The notes beneath the pieces were generated by a model. That model worked only from the letters and a program-made list of their open reading frames with translations. It was not told the origin of the DNA and made no database searches. 49,120 bases of DNA, taken from positions 1 through 49,120 of the forward strand of contig VGNY01000003.1 in NCBI GenBank assembly GCA_016865895.1, in the 5' to 3' direction. This DNA is from Chloroflexota bacterium (GTDB lineage: Bacteria > Chloroflexota > Dehalococcoidia > GIF9 > UBA5629). A program made the position numbers and the translations under genes. Of the stretch, positions 37,253 through 46,228 are shown piece by piece (the first letter of the stretch is position 1; every line of letters starts with the position of its first letter).

Positions 37253-38020
37253 CTACTCCCCGAAATAGATTTGATAGAACTCAGGATTTCGCACTACATC
37301 CTGTGGCTCGCCTTGAACCACTATCTTGCCCTTATCCATGACATAAACCCAATGAGCAAAGTCAAACAATAGCTCCAGCCTGTGCTCAATGATGAAGAAA
37401 CTTAATCCTTCTCGACGCAAGTTCTCAATACCCTCAAAGATCCTCCTCCCCAACTTGGGATTCACTCCAGCCGCAGGCTCATCAAGAAGTAACAATGTTG
37501 GAGAAGCCATAAGCCCTCTACCTATCTCCAAAAGCTTCCTCTGCCCACCAGATAGTTCCCCAGCCGGAGAAAGAGCCAAACGGTCTAGCTCCAAAAGTTC
37601 GAGTATTTCCATTGCCCTATCTGCAAACTCCACCTCTTGTTTTTGCCAATCGCCTCTTAAGAAAAGGCTATTTAAGAAACTATCACCTTGATGCCCTCGT
37701 GCCGCAACCAGCATGTTATCTAAGACACTCAGACCTTGAAACAGTCGAGGTATCTGAAAAGCACTTACCAGCCCCAGAGCATAAATCTGGTGAGGAGCCA
37801 AATGGCTAATACAAGTACCGTTGAAATAAATAGCCCCCTCGTCAGGTCGATGAAGCCCGAGGATTGTATTAAATAAAGTGGTTTTTCCACTACCGTTAGG
37901 TCCTACTAATCCCCAAATGCTGCCACTTCTGACACCCAGACTTACTCCATTGACCGCGTAAACGCCGCCGAAATGCTTGCTAACTTCCCTTATTTTTAGT
38001 AGCTCTTCTTCCATGACCAA
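37253..38020 (-). CDS. ABC ATP-binding subunit, LivG-like
   Basis: GPNGSGKTT, LSGGQRK and DEPAAG. Confidence 0.92.
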   Translation of the reverse strand: MVMEEELLKIREVSKHFGGVYAVNGVSLGVRSGSIWGLVGPNGSGKTTLFNTILGLHRPDEGAIYFNGTCISHLAPHQIYALGLVSAFQIPRLFQGLSVLDNMLVAARGHQGDSFLNSLFLRGDWQKQEVEFADRAMEILELLELDRLALSPAGELSGGQRKLLEIGRGLMASPTLLLLDEPAAGVNPKLGRRIFEGIENLRREGLSFFIIEHRLELLFDFAHWVYVMDKGKIVVQGEPQDVVRNPEFYQIYFGE

Positions 38021-38921
38021 CTCTATCTATCGCTTTCGTCTTAACTTTGCTTTCCCGTAACAAGCCTTGAGGTCTATAGAGCAAAATCAAAATAATTAAA
38101 ACACCAAATAAGATATACTGCAAGTTGCTAGGGTCTACAGCTAAAGCCAGATAATCTTTGGCTATATTTGTCCCCCGGTCAAAAAGCATCACCAACGCAG
38201 CACCCAGCAACGCACCCCAGTTATTAGCTGGCCCATCCAAGATAACCATTATCCACACAGTAAAGGTAATCATAGGCATAAACATATAAGGGTCAATAAA
38301 CTGAATATACTGAGCATAAAGACCACCAGCTAATCCAGCTATAGCTGAACCTAGCGCGAATATCTGAGCTCTATATTTAGCTCTATCCTTACCTAATGCC
38401 TCAGCAGCTATCTCATCCTCTCTTATAGCTCGTATCACCCTGCCATAAGGAGAATTAGCCAACAGTTGAACTACCAGAAAACAGATGACTAGACAAAGAT
38501 AAACCAAGCCTATGTTTACCAGAACACCGACACGAGCAGAGGCACCGGCTACAGAAATAGCTGGAGAGACAGCCATGCCCCAAACACCACCAATCCAGCG
38601 CTCAGATTTCACAACCAGTCTCAAGATTTCACCAAAGGTTAAAACTACTATCGCTAAATGATCTTCTCTCAACCTCAGAGTGGGAAGAGAAACCAGAAAT
38701 CCAACTGTAGCCGAGACCAATGCACCTGCAATTAGGCAAAGGTAAAAGGAGACACCGATTTCAGAGAGAAGAGCATAGGAATAAGCACCAACAAGAAAAA
38801 AGGCAACTTTACCGAAGTTAGCCAGACCTGCAAAGCCAAACTCCAGGTTCAAGCTCAATGACATTATGCCAAAGATGCCAATAAAAACAATAAGGTCAAG
38901 AACATAAACTAAAGGATCCAA
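37980..38921 (-). CDS. ABC permease, LivM-like
   Basis: SLNLEFGFAGLANFG, RAIREDE and RPQGL. Confidence 0.88.
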   Translation of the reverse strand: MDPLVYVLDLIVFIGIFGIMSLSLNLEFGFAGLANFGKVAFFLVGAYSYALLSEIGVSFYLCLIAGALVSATVGFLVSLPTLRLREDHLAIVVLTFGEILRLVVKSERWIGGVWGMAVSPAISVAGASARVGVLVNIGLVYLCLVICFLVVQLLANSPYGRVIRAIREDEIAAEALGKDRAKYRAQIFALGSAIAGLAGGLYAQYIQFIDPYMFMPMITFTVWIMVILDGPANNWGALLGAALVMLFDRGTNIAKDYLALAVDPSNLQYILFGVLIILILLYRPQGLLRESKVKTKAIDRVGHGRRATKNKGS

Positions 38922-39811
38922 CTAAGCTCTCCTAAACAACATGGCTAACCCCTGTGGTTTAACAATCAAGGTTATTATCAAAATCAGGAAGGCTATGGCA
39001 ACACGATACTCTGTAGATAGTCCTAAAGATATCAGAGCCACTACTCCGAAATTTTCAGCCATTCCAATGACAAAAGCTGCGACTATCGAGCCATAAAAAT
39101 TGCCGATACCTCCCAAAATAGCCACAGCGAACATGGGTAATATGATATCCCAACCCGTCATAGGCCAAATCTGGGTATCCGCAGCGCGAAATATGCCAGC
39201 GATAGCAGCCAAACCAGCACCGATAAACCAGGTTATCCAAATCACTCTACTAACATTAATTCCAGAAGCTAATGCCAGCTCGGGATTGCTAGAAGTCGCT
39301 CGAATAGCTTTACCTATCTTGGTCCGCACCAAGACAAAGTGCATGACAAGTGCCAGGGCTATAGCAGCAAAGATAAGCCACAACCATAGCCCGTGACCCG
39401 CAGTGGACCTATCTCAAACGAAGACCAAGTTGTAGTAAAATACGAAGGCTTCCAACCCCAAAGTGCACCAAGAGAGTACCTGAGCACAAAACCTAAAGCA
39501 ATCGAGGCTACCATGAGATGAATGATGGAGGCACCTCCTTCGGCCAGCGGTTGAAAAATCCCACAGTAACATAACACTCCTATTGTTCCAGTGACTAAAA
39601 AAGCAACAACCAGGGCTGCTAGAAAACCTAACCCCAATTGTTCAGCCACTAAATAGCCAATAAAAGCGCCTAATGAGATGAATTCGGCATGAGCAAAATT
39701 AGGAAATCTAGACAGACCATAAGTCAAGGTGAGCCCCACAGCCCCAATAAGATAAAGATTACCAGTAACCGCTGAATTGAAGAAAACCTGCGCCCAATTA
39801 ACCTCAACCAC
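38922..39811 (-). pseudogene. LivH-like permease split by a 1-nt frameshift near 39390
   Basis: N-half 39359..39811 and C-half 38922..39383 join if one base is added in ACGGGC (ACG GGG CTA TGG TTG TGG = TGLWLW). Confidence 0.85.
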
Positions 39812-39873
39812 AATGAATAACTATACCATACAAAAGCTATCTAGCCAAAGTGGTAATATTCTAAAAGAAAGGC

Positions 39874-40518
39874 TTATTTATTGTCCGCGTCCGCCAAATA
39901 AGCCTTCAACTGAATTAGGCTCGTTAATGCATTGCGTCCATCGCTTTGCTGTTTCCTATCCAGATAGAAGGCTTGGATACCTATCTCTCTAGGAGCAACA
40001 AAATCGAACTGTAGGTTATCGCCCACATGAACTACTCGTTCGGGCTGAACTCCCATCGCCTGACACACCCTCAAATAGAATTCAGAGGTTTTTAGCTGCT
40101 TGTAATCCGTAAGCGAGGAAAAGACTCTCGTGAAGTAAGGTTCGATATCACGAAGAAGGTGATTCAGAAAATCTCGCGTTGAGCCGGAGGCTATAACGAG
40201 CTTATACTTTCCACTTAATGAAGCCAGCACCTCTCCAACTTCAGGGTAGTAACAAACCTTACTCCGACATGTCTCCATTACTGAGTCAGGGGTACCTAAA
40301 CCAAGCTTATCAAACCAATAGCGAACATCGTACCATTCCAATCTCTGGTCGCCTACCTTACGGTATTCCTCCTCGACGGTCTTTCTAGCCAGCTCGAAAT
40401 CAATACCATTCCTCTCAGCATAGCGTTCAGGAATGGCTTCAAACCAGACAGCATAGCTGAAGTCTGGCGTCACCAGAGTACCTTCGGCATCGAAAGAGAC
40501 TACCTTGATCTCACTCAT
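39874..40518 (-). CDS. HAD-family hydrolase
   Basis: FDAEGTL and HVGDNLQFD motifs. Confidence 0.88.
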   Translation of the reverse strand: MSEIKVVSFDAEGTLVTPDFSYAVWFEAIPERYAERNGIDFELARKTVEEEYRKVGDQRLEWYDVRYWFDKLGLGTPDSVMETCRSKVCYYPEVGEVLASLSGKYKLVIASGSTRDFLNHLLRDIEPYFTRVFSSLTDYKQLKTSEFYLRVCQAMGVQPERVVHVGDNLQFDFVAPREIGIQAFYLDRKQQSDGRNALTSLIQLKAYLADADNK

Positions 40519-40558
40519 ATCTACACATCCCCAGGAGACATCTCCAAATCAAGACTTA

Positions 40559-40720
40559 CTATCTCAGTCCTACCACTCTATAAACAACAACTGGTTCTGC
40601 TTCGCCCTTAAATGATTGAGACTCCAGTTCCTCAACCTTTACATAGCCACTCAAGAGGCGATAGGTCTCAGAGTCAATCCACACCTCACCGCCAGGAGTA
40701 ACACTACAAATGCGAGAACT
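40559..40720 (-). pseudogene. C-terminal remnant of a class III adenylate/guanylate cyclase
   Basis: Manual translation gives SSRICSVTPGGEVWIDSETYRLLSGYVKVEELESQSFKGEAEPVVVYRVVGLR*. An in-frame stop lies just upstream and there is no N-terminal part. Confidence 0.7.
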
Positions 40721-40801
40721 ATATCGTCAGCACCGTCAATTACTGCATAGGATAGAGGCATTAAGGGACTCATGTCAATTAACAACCTAATTCCACTGCT
40801 A

Positions 40802-40830
40802 TTGACTTTACCGACTAACATTGTTATCTT
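40802..40830 (+). promoter_or_regulatory. Promoter TTGACT-17-TATCTT with TG extension, close to ATG 40840
   Basis: Spacing of 17; no SD before the ATG. Confidence 0.5.
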
Positions 40831-40839
40831 TGTGTTGGT

Positions 40840-41691
40840 ATGGCAAACGTGGAGTTGAATGTTATTACGAGCGGGAATATTCCCTGGAGTGTTAAGAGGG
40901 AAATAGAAAACACATTCCGCGACTGCTATCGCCGGTTTGGGTCTAATGTCCCCTACAAAGTCGAAGTTCACATAGTGAATAGGGGGACGGATATGCATGC
41001 GCTCCTCAAAGAGGAAAAACTCAGACGTGGCATCACTACTAGTGGCGATGAGGAGTTTATTTGCTCCCATGATGCCTGGCGCGGTTATCCCCGTGTAATC
41101 TGCTGTCTGGAAAGATTAAATGCGCTTAACAAATTAGCTAGAGTAGGAGCAGTAAGACATGAAGCCGCTCACAGTGCTCTCCATGGCTCGCTGGAGTATT
41201 ACATTTTCAGAATGCCTGATGATTGTCAACATACAGCGGCGATTAAGGGGCTTGATTCATCTGTGCTAGACCAAGCCCTTTATTTCGTGTCTGTAGCAGT
41301 TAAGGATTTTGAAGCTACTAGATTTTTAGTTCACCATGACTTCATTGGCTGCCAGTTTGCCTTTGCCTTAGAATGGCTCCAACCTTCGGAGCAAGACAAA
41401 TCAGCCTGGAAGTTAGCTCAAGCAAATCGCCAAGCAAAATTCATCTTCCTGACAGCTTTGCTTAAGCCGATACTCTTCGCTCATCCGTTGCTGGCCTTGC
41501 CACGGTCAAAAAAGATTTCCCTGGAACACCAAGTTCAATTAGCGAGAAAAGTGGAAGAACTGTTGGAATACCTAGGTACTGCTGAACAGAATAGATTGCT
41601 ACAGGTGACAAGTATGATAGCGGAAGACTCCACCGATGACACCCACAGGAACGTTGACTCTGCCATGCGCCAAGCTATGAACCTAGCCTAA
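40840..41691 (+). CDS. Hypothetical protein with an HExxH zincin-like motif
   Basis: 283-aa ORF; VRHEAAHSALH followed by VKDFE. Confidence 0.75.
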   Translation: MANVELNVITSGNIPWSVKREIENTFRDCYRRFGSNVPYKVEVHIVNRGTDMHALLKEEKLRRGITTSGDEEFICSHDAWRGYPRVICCLERLNALNKLARVGAVRHEAAHSALHGSLEYYIFRMPDDCQHTAAIKGLDSSVLDQALYFVSVAVKDFEATRFLVHHDFIGCQFAFALEWLQPSEQDKSAWKLAQANRQAKFIFLTALLKPILFAHPLLALPRSKKISLEHQVQLARKVEELLEYLGTAEQNRLLQVTSMIAEDSTDDTHRNVDSAMRQAMNLA

Positions 41692-41788
41692 CTTGCTAAT
41701 TACAGGCTTATCCAGCAATAGTGTATTCCCTAATAATTACTGGATTTTGCAAATCATGATGAGGTCGTTTTGTAGTTGCCTCTTTCTT

Positions 41789-41971
41789 TGTCACTCTGAA
41801 CCCGTTTTATCGGGATTTACCGGGAGAGGAATCTCACCCTTTGTACGCAGTTTCGCCTTATTTAGATTCTTCGGTCGCGGAGTTTGCCCTGAGTTGAGAT
41901 TCTTCAGTCGCTCTTCCATAGAAGGGCTGCCTCAGAATGACATTAAACGAAGGGCGCTCTCAGAGATGACA
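41789..41971. repeat. Nested TGTCA...TGACA palindromic elements
   Basis: TGTCACTCTGAA...GAATCTC, two GATTCTTC(G/A)GTCGC arms, and CTCAGAATGACA / CTCAGAGATGACA ends. Confidence 0.75.
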
Positions 41972-41999
41972 CGGGGCCCGGAGGTAACTTTATAATCAC

Positions 42000-43049
42000 A
42001 TGATAGAAATAGACGGTTCTGTCAAATCGGGCAGTGGGACACTGCTGCGTTATGGCATCAGCCTGGCTACTCTGCTTGGTGAGGAACTGCACATGTGGAA
42101 TATCAGAGCAGGTAGAGGCAAGCCCGGTTTGCGTCCTCAGCATCGCCAATCGGTTCTAGCCTGCCGGAATATGTCCCATGGCATTGTGGAAGGCGCGGAG
42201 GTGGGGTCAATGGAGATATATTACAAACCGGGCAAAGACATAAAAGGTGGTCACTACAAATGGGATATAGGCACCGGCGGCTCAACCACAATGCTCGCTA
42301 TGACCTTGCTACCTGTAGCCTGTTTTGCCAAGGAGCCGAGCACGTTTGACATTTCGGGTGGCCTGTTCCAAGATTTTGCTCCTTCAGCTTACCATATGAA
42401 ATACGTCCTTTTCCCTACTTTACAGAAAATGGGAATAAACGCTGATTTAGAAGTCAAACGCCCCGGATATGCTGAACAAGGAGGTGGCATCATAAAAGTT
42501 GGTGCTGAACCGGTGGCAGACAAGATTAAGTCTATTAAACTTCTTAAACCAGGTGAGGTCAAGCAAATAAACGGGATTGCCATTTGTTCACACTTAAAGC
42601 AAAACAGGGTTAGCGACCGGATGGCAGAAGAATGTTACCGAACACTGAAACAGGATGGCTATAATGCCAGAATAAAGGCAACTTATGACACTACAGCCAA
42701 CCATGAAGGTGCTGCCTTAGCCATTTGGGCAGAAACTGACGCTTACCTTTTCGGCTCGGACAGAGCTGGAAAAAGGGGAAGGCGGGCTGAAAACATCGGA
42801 AGCTACGTAGCTAATAACCTAATTCAGGATATCAAGTCTGGAGCTACGGTTGATAGATTTCTGGCCGACCAGTTAATAATCTATGCTGCTCTAGCTGATG
42901 GTGCAACTGAGTATATTGTACCTCGAATAACTGACCACGTTGAAGCTAACCTATGGCTGGTAGAGCACATTTTGGGTAAATTCAGTGCCAGAACAAAGAT
43001 AATTGGCAATCGGCTCAAGATAAAAGGTGTGGGTTATGCCCATAGGTAA
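42000..43049 (+). CDS. rtcA: RNA 3'-terminal phosphate cyclase
   Basis: IEIDGS, NIRAGRGKPGLRPQH and LADQL. The adenylated His appears retained in TDHVEAN. Confidence 0.92.
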   Translation: MIEIDGSVKSGSGTLLRYGISLATLLGEELHMWNIRAGRGKPGLRPQHRQSVLACRNMSHGIVEGAEVGSMEIYYKPGKDIKGGHYKWDIGTGGSTTMLAMTLLPVACFAKEPSTFDISGGLFQDFAPSAYHMKYVLFPTLQKMGINADLEVKRPGYAEQGGGIIKVGAEPVADKIKSIKLLKPGEVKQINGIAICSHLKQNRVSDRMAEECYRTLKQDGYNARIKATYDTTANHEGAALAIWAETDAYLFGSDRAGKRGRRAENIGSYVANNLIQDIKSGATVDRFLADQLIIYAALADGATEYIVPRITDHVEANLWLVEHILGKFSARTKIIGNRLKIKGVGYAHR

Positions 43050-43054
43050 AGAAA

Positions 43055-43618
43055 CTAAATACCGACGCTACTTAGGAGCTCTTGCTTTAGGCTGCTCAAT
43101 CTTTCTTCTAATGGCCGTGCTAAATCGTTCAGCCTCTTTTGCCATTCCCCTTTAGCTCGAATGTTAATCTGGTTGATAGCTGTGCCTGAAATCCTTAACT
43201 GGTGTAGTATCTCCCTACCAGCCCTTTCTATCTCTCGCCTCTCATTATTCTCGGCCTCCCGGTATTCATGGAAAAGCTCTTTTATCTTGTCCATAATCTG
43301 CGCTGATGCTTCAGCCTTGGATAAACTGAGAATGCCTTGGCCTATCTCATCCAATTTTAGACTATATTCTAGGTCAATGCCTTCGACTAATCGGTGAAGT
43401 ACTGCCTGGCTTATTAATCCCTTATCCTGGCCACTATGTTTGCTAAGTTCAGCCTCCAGAAGACGAACATCATGCTGGCTAATGTATTTCTCAGCCAGCG
43501 TCTTTCCAATCAGGCGGCATCTGTTCTCTCTCTGCTTTTTCCGTTCCTCGGCTGTTAGCTCGCCTAGCTTATTGGCTTTCTCCTGGGCTATTTCCCAGGC
43601 GCTTTTGATTTCTCCCAC
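43055..43618 (-). CDS. Hypothetical helical protein (GEIKSAWEIA N-terminus)
   Basis: 187-aa ORF with a GTG start and coiled-coil composition. Confidence 0.75.
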   Translation of the reverse strand: MGEIKSAWEIAQEKANKLGELTAEERKKQRENRCRLIGKTLAEKYISQHDVRLLEAELSKHSGQDKGLISQAVLHRLVEGIDLEYSLKLDEIGQGILSLSKAEASAQIMDKIKELFHEYREAENNERREIERAGREILHQLRISGTAINQINIRAKGEWQKRLNDLARPLEERLSSLKQELLSSVGI

Positions 43619-43692
43619 TTATCTCAAACTTTACTAGAATCTAATTGGTCTTCGGCGGCATTTTACACTATAATTAAATTAGATTCAAAACT

Positions 43693-44430
43693 ATGCATCA
43701 GTCATCTAAATACTTTCAGTCTGTTCAGCTTGCTGAAGGCTTTTACTGCTACATCTGGCAGGGAAGGGGCAATAATTGCAACAGTTGCCTTTTTGCCAAC
43801 GTGCTCCGGGGTGAGCGTCCTCATGTCATCGTTGACCCGGGGCACATAACCAATGAGATGGGAGAAACTTGCCTCGATTATTTGAGCAAAGCTATAGAAG
43901 GAGATGGTTTCAAAGTTAGTGACATAGGCTTGATAATCAATACTCATAGCCATCCAGACCACTGCCAGGCAAATGAGTCAGTGATTAAGAAAAGTGGAGC
44001 TTGGGTCACTTTGTCTGCAGAAGAAGACGAATTTCGCAATACACTAGGGAAAAAGTTGTACTCCATGTTCAGAATGAAAGCGCCACAATTCACGCCCTTT
44101 TTCTTCCTCAAAGAGGGGACCTTGGAGCTAGGTGCTAAGAATAAAACTACACTCCAGGTTTTTCACACGCCGGGTCATTCCCCGGGCTCGATTTGCCTGT
44201 ACTGGCCCGACAATAAGCTCCTGATAACCGGAGATGTAGTCTTTTATGGCAGCATTGGCAGGACAGATTTTCCCAGCGGCAGCCTCTCATTGCTCAAGAG
44301 AAGTATAGACAGGTTATCGCAGCTTGATGTAGAGTGTCTGGTCCCCGGGCATAACACCGAATACGGCAGCATCATAAAAGGTAAGCTGAATGTAGAACGC
44401 AACTTTCAGGCAGTAAAATTGTTTCTCTAA
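43693..44430 (+). CDS. MBL-fold metallo-hydrolase
   Basis: THSHPDH, HTPGHSPGS, TGDVVF and PGH. Confidence 0.93.
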   Translation: MHQSSKYFQSVQLAEGFYCYIWQGRGNNCNSCLFANVLRGERPHVIVDPGHITNEMGETCLDYLSKAIEGDGFKVSDIGLIINTHSHPDHCQANESVIKKSGAWVTLSAEEDEFRNTLGKKLYSMFRMKAPQFTPFFFLKEGTLELGAKNKTTLQVFHTPGHSPGSICLYWPDNKLLITGDVVFYGSIGRTDFPSGSLSLLKRSIDRLSQLDVECLVPGHNTEYGSIIKGKLNVERNFQAVKLFL

Positions 44431-44439
44431 AGGTTTACC

Positions 44440-44518
44440 TGTCACCATGGGCAATAGCGAAGAGTCTCAAAGTGCAGCATTAAGCGAGAGGGAGATTATT
44501 CGCTGCACTCAGAATGAC
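44440..44518. repeat. Degenerate TGTCA...TGAC palindromic element
   Basis: TGTCAC...AGCGAAGAGTCTC...GAGATTATTCGCTGCACTCAGAATGAC. Confidence 0.65.
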
Positions 44519-44546
44519 CTAGGTAAGGGTAGTAGGTTAGACTTCT

Positions 44547-45221
44547 ATGGAAGCCGATGAGAGAATTCAACATGCTATAGAGCACACAGAGGTGGTGAGG
44601 CCGCCTAAACAAAGTCTGGCTACCTTCGGCGCCACCAATATATACTATTATCTGGTTACCGAATTGACAGAGTGGGTAAATGTGGTTAGAGAAGGGAGAG
44701 TAATTGCTGCCCGACCAAAAATCGTAACCCCTTCTTATTTAATTAATCTCGAGGGATTTAGTCCACAGGCTAGAAGATTTATAGAGATGATGGCGGAAAG
44801 ATATCCCCATGAGCCCGGCATTTTTTACACGTACAAGAATGAGCCTAGAGAAATGAACATTGTTTCAGAATCTGTTCAGGCAGTGATAGAAAAACTTAAC
44901 CGACGTATAGATAGCCAGCGCGACCCACTAAGCGCCATCATTAAAGGTGTTGAAGAGCTCTGGGATGTGTCTCTGCTCAAGTTTACTTACGAGTTAACCA
45001 AAAGCTCGGTGTCTAACAATGTAGCTGAGCTGGAAAGAAGCGGACTTTTGCATACAGATGCTGCCGGTGTACCCCGAGACGCCAGAAATTATATCGAAGA
45101 GCTTTTCGAAAAAACAAAGCGAGACCCGTCTTGGGCACCTGAGCTGATATCTGAATTAAGACGATGGGGCCTGTTTTACGAGTATCAAGACAGGTTTCTC
45201 AGCCTGTTTAAGAAAAGATGA
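44547..45221 (+). CDS. Hypothetical protein
   Basis: 224-aa ORF; no function recognised. Confidence 0.78.
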   Translation: MEADERIQHAIEHTEVVRPPKQSLATFGATNIYYYLVTELTEWVNVVREGRVIAARPKIVTPSYLINLEGFSPQARRFIEMMAERYPHEPGIFYTYKNEPREMNIVSESVQAVIEKLNRRIDSQRDPLSAIIKGVEELWDVSLLKFTYELTKSSVSNNVAELERSGLLHTDAAGVPRDARNYIEELFEKTKRDPSWAPELISELRRWGLFYEYQDRFLSLFKKR

Positions 45222-45319
45222 TGGCTTCTAAATCTTATCACAGGTAGTTTTTTGTTTACCGGAAACAGAACATTCTTCTTGTGAAAACCGAAGGTTTTTG
45301 AAATAGTTGTCTAAGCCTA

Positions 45320-45347
45320 TTGACAAGAGTGCTTATAGTGGTACTAT
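45320..45347 (+). promoter_or_regulatory. Promoter TTGACA-16-TACTAT (TG-extended) for the wHTH regulator
   Basis: Perfect -35 and an AT-rich -10 region. Confidence 0.6.
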
Positions 45348-45403
45348 ATTATATACTGTAATGCCGGATACAGGGCGCTAGGAGATAGCAAGAGAGCAGT
45401 GCC

Positions 45404-45676
45404 ATGAACCTGAGAAGGTGCAATATCGAAATAATAGGTGACATGCTCAGGATAGGTGAGAATGGGGCTGGCAAAACTAAAATAATGTATAGCGCCAACA
45501 TGAGCTATAGCCAGTTACAAAAATATCTAAGCTTTCTTATCAGCCACGATTTCATTGATAGACTAGAAGTAGGCAATCCGAAGGTGACTTACCGGGTGAC
45601 TGAAAAAGGATTAGCTTTATTGAAAAGCATAGATACTGTACTGGAAGTTCTTGAATTCCGAGATGATAATTATTAG
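45404..45676 (+). CDS. Archaeal-type winged-helix regulator (COG3432/HTH_45-like)
   Basis: RR..EII.D.L, KTKIMYSANMSYSQLQKYL and YRVTEKG. Confidence 0.88.
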   Translation: MNLRRCNIEIIGDMLRIGENGAGKTKIMYSANMSYSQLQKYLSFLISHDFIDRLEVGNPKVTYRVTEKGLALLKSIDTVLEVLEFRDDNY

Positions 45677-45756
45677 TTTGAGTTCCTACTTGGTCTTCGA
45701 GTTGTATTTAAAGTGCTCAGGTTAATTCGTTAATTTTTGAAGAGGAGGAGTTGCCT

Positions 45757-46083
45757 ATGCCCGAAAAAAGAATGCTCATAGTAGACTCTGATGTAATAAG
45801 GAAGATAGATGAAAACCGAGGTGATATGACCATTTCGGATTTTATCAGCTTTCTTATCGACAGCCAGTTGAAACAGGATGCCAATGGACAAAATAGTAAC
45901 CACGTAACTAAAGAGGAATTCCGCCAGTTCGAACAGGGGATAAGAGAACTTCTGCGCAACTTTTTAGAATTTTTCCTCAGCTACGGACTAGAGTTGGGCA
46001 AACAACCAACAGATAGAGAGCTTGACAAGCTAGCTCACAAATTACAGGCCATGGGCATCAGTACCAAAGCCAAGAGCACCTAA
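45757..46083 (+). CDS. Hypothetical protein, possibly with a ribbon-helix-helix N-terminus
   Basis: SD GAGGAGGAG; RMLIVDSDVIRKIDENRGDMTISDFISFLID pattern. Confidence 0.72.
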   Translation: MPEKRMLIVDSDVIRKIDENRGDMTISDFISFLIDSQLKQDANGQNSNHVTKEEFRQFEQGIRELLRNFLEFFLSYGLELGKQPTDRELDKLAHKLQAMGISTKAKST

Positions 46084-46228
46084 AAGCCACACCTGCCCCA
46101 TTGCCTCCTCGCATTATACCCTCATTCCAATACGATAGAACTATCTTCTAGAACACAATCACTTCCCAAGCTAATTCAAACGTGCCATAGTAGTCCTAGG
46201 CTATTTAGTTTAGCTGAGGAGGTGCATT

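Noticed and set aside
40651-41070. 139-aa minus-strand ORF
   Set aside because: Antisense to the HExxH gene and in a different frame from the cyclase remnant; no motifs.
41693-41995. 100-aa ORF
   Set aside because: It largely translates the nested palindromic repeat and has a weak start and no SD.
42860-42885. RtcA inactivated because of DRFLADQL
   Set aside because: The adenylated His lies in the later TDHVEAN motif, which is intact.
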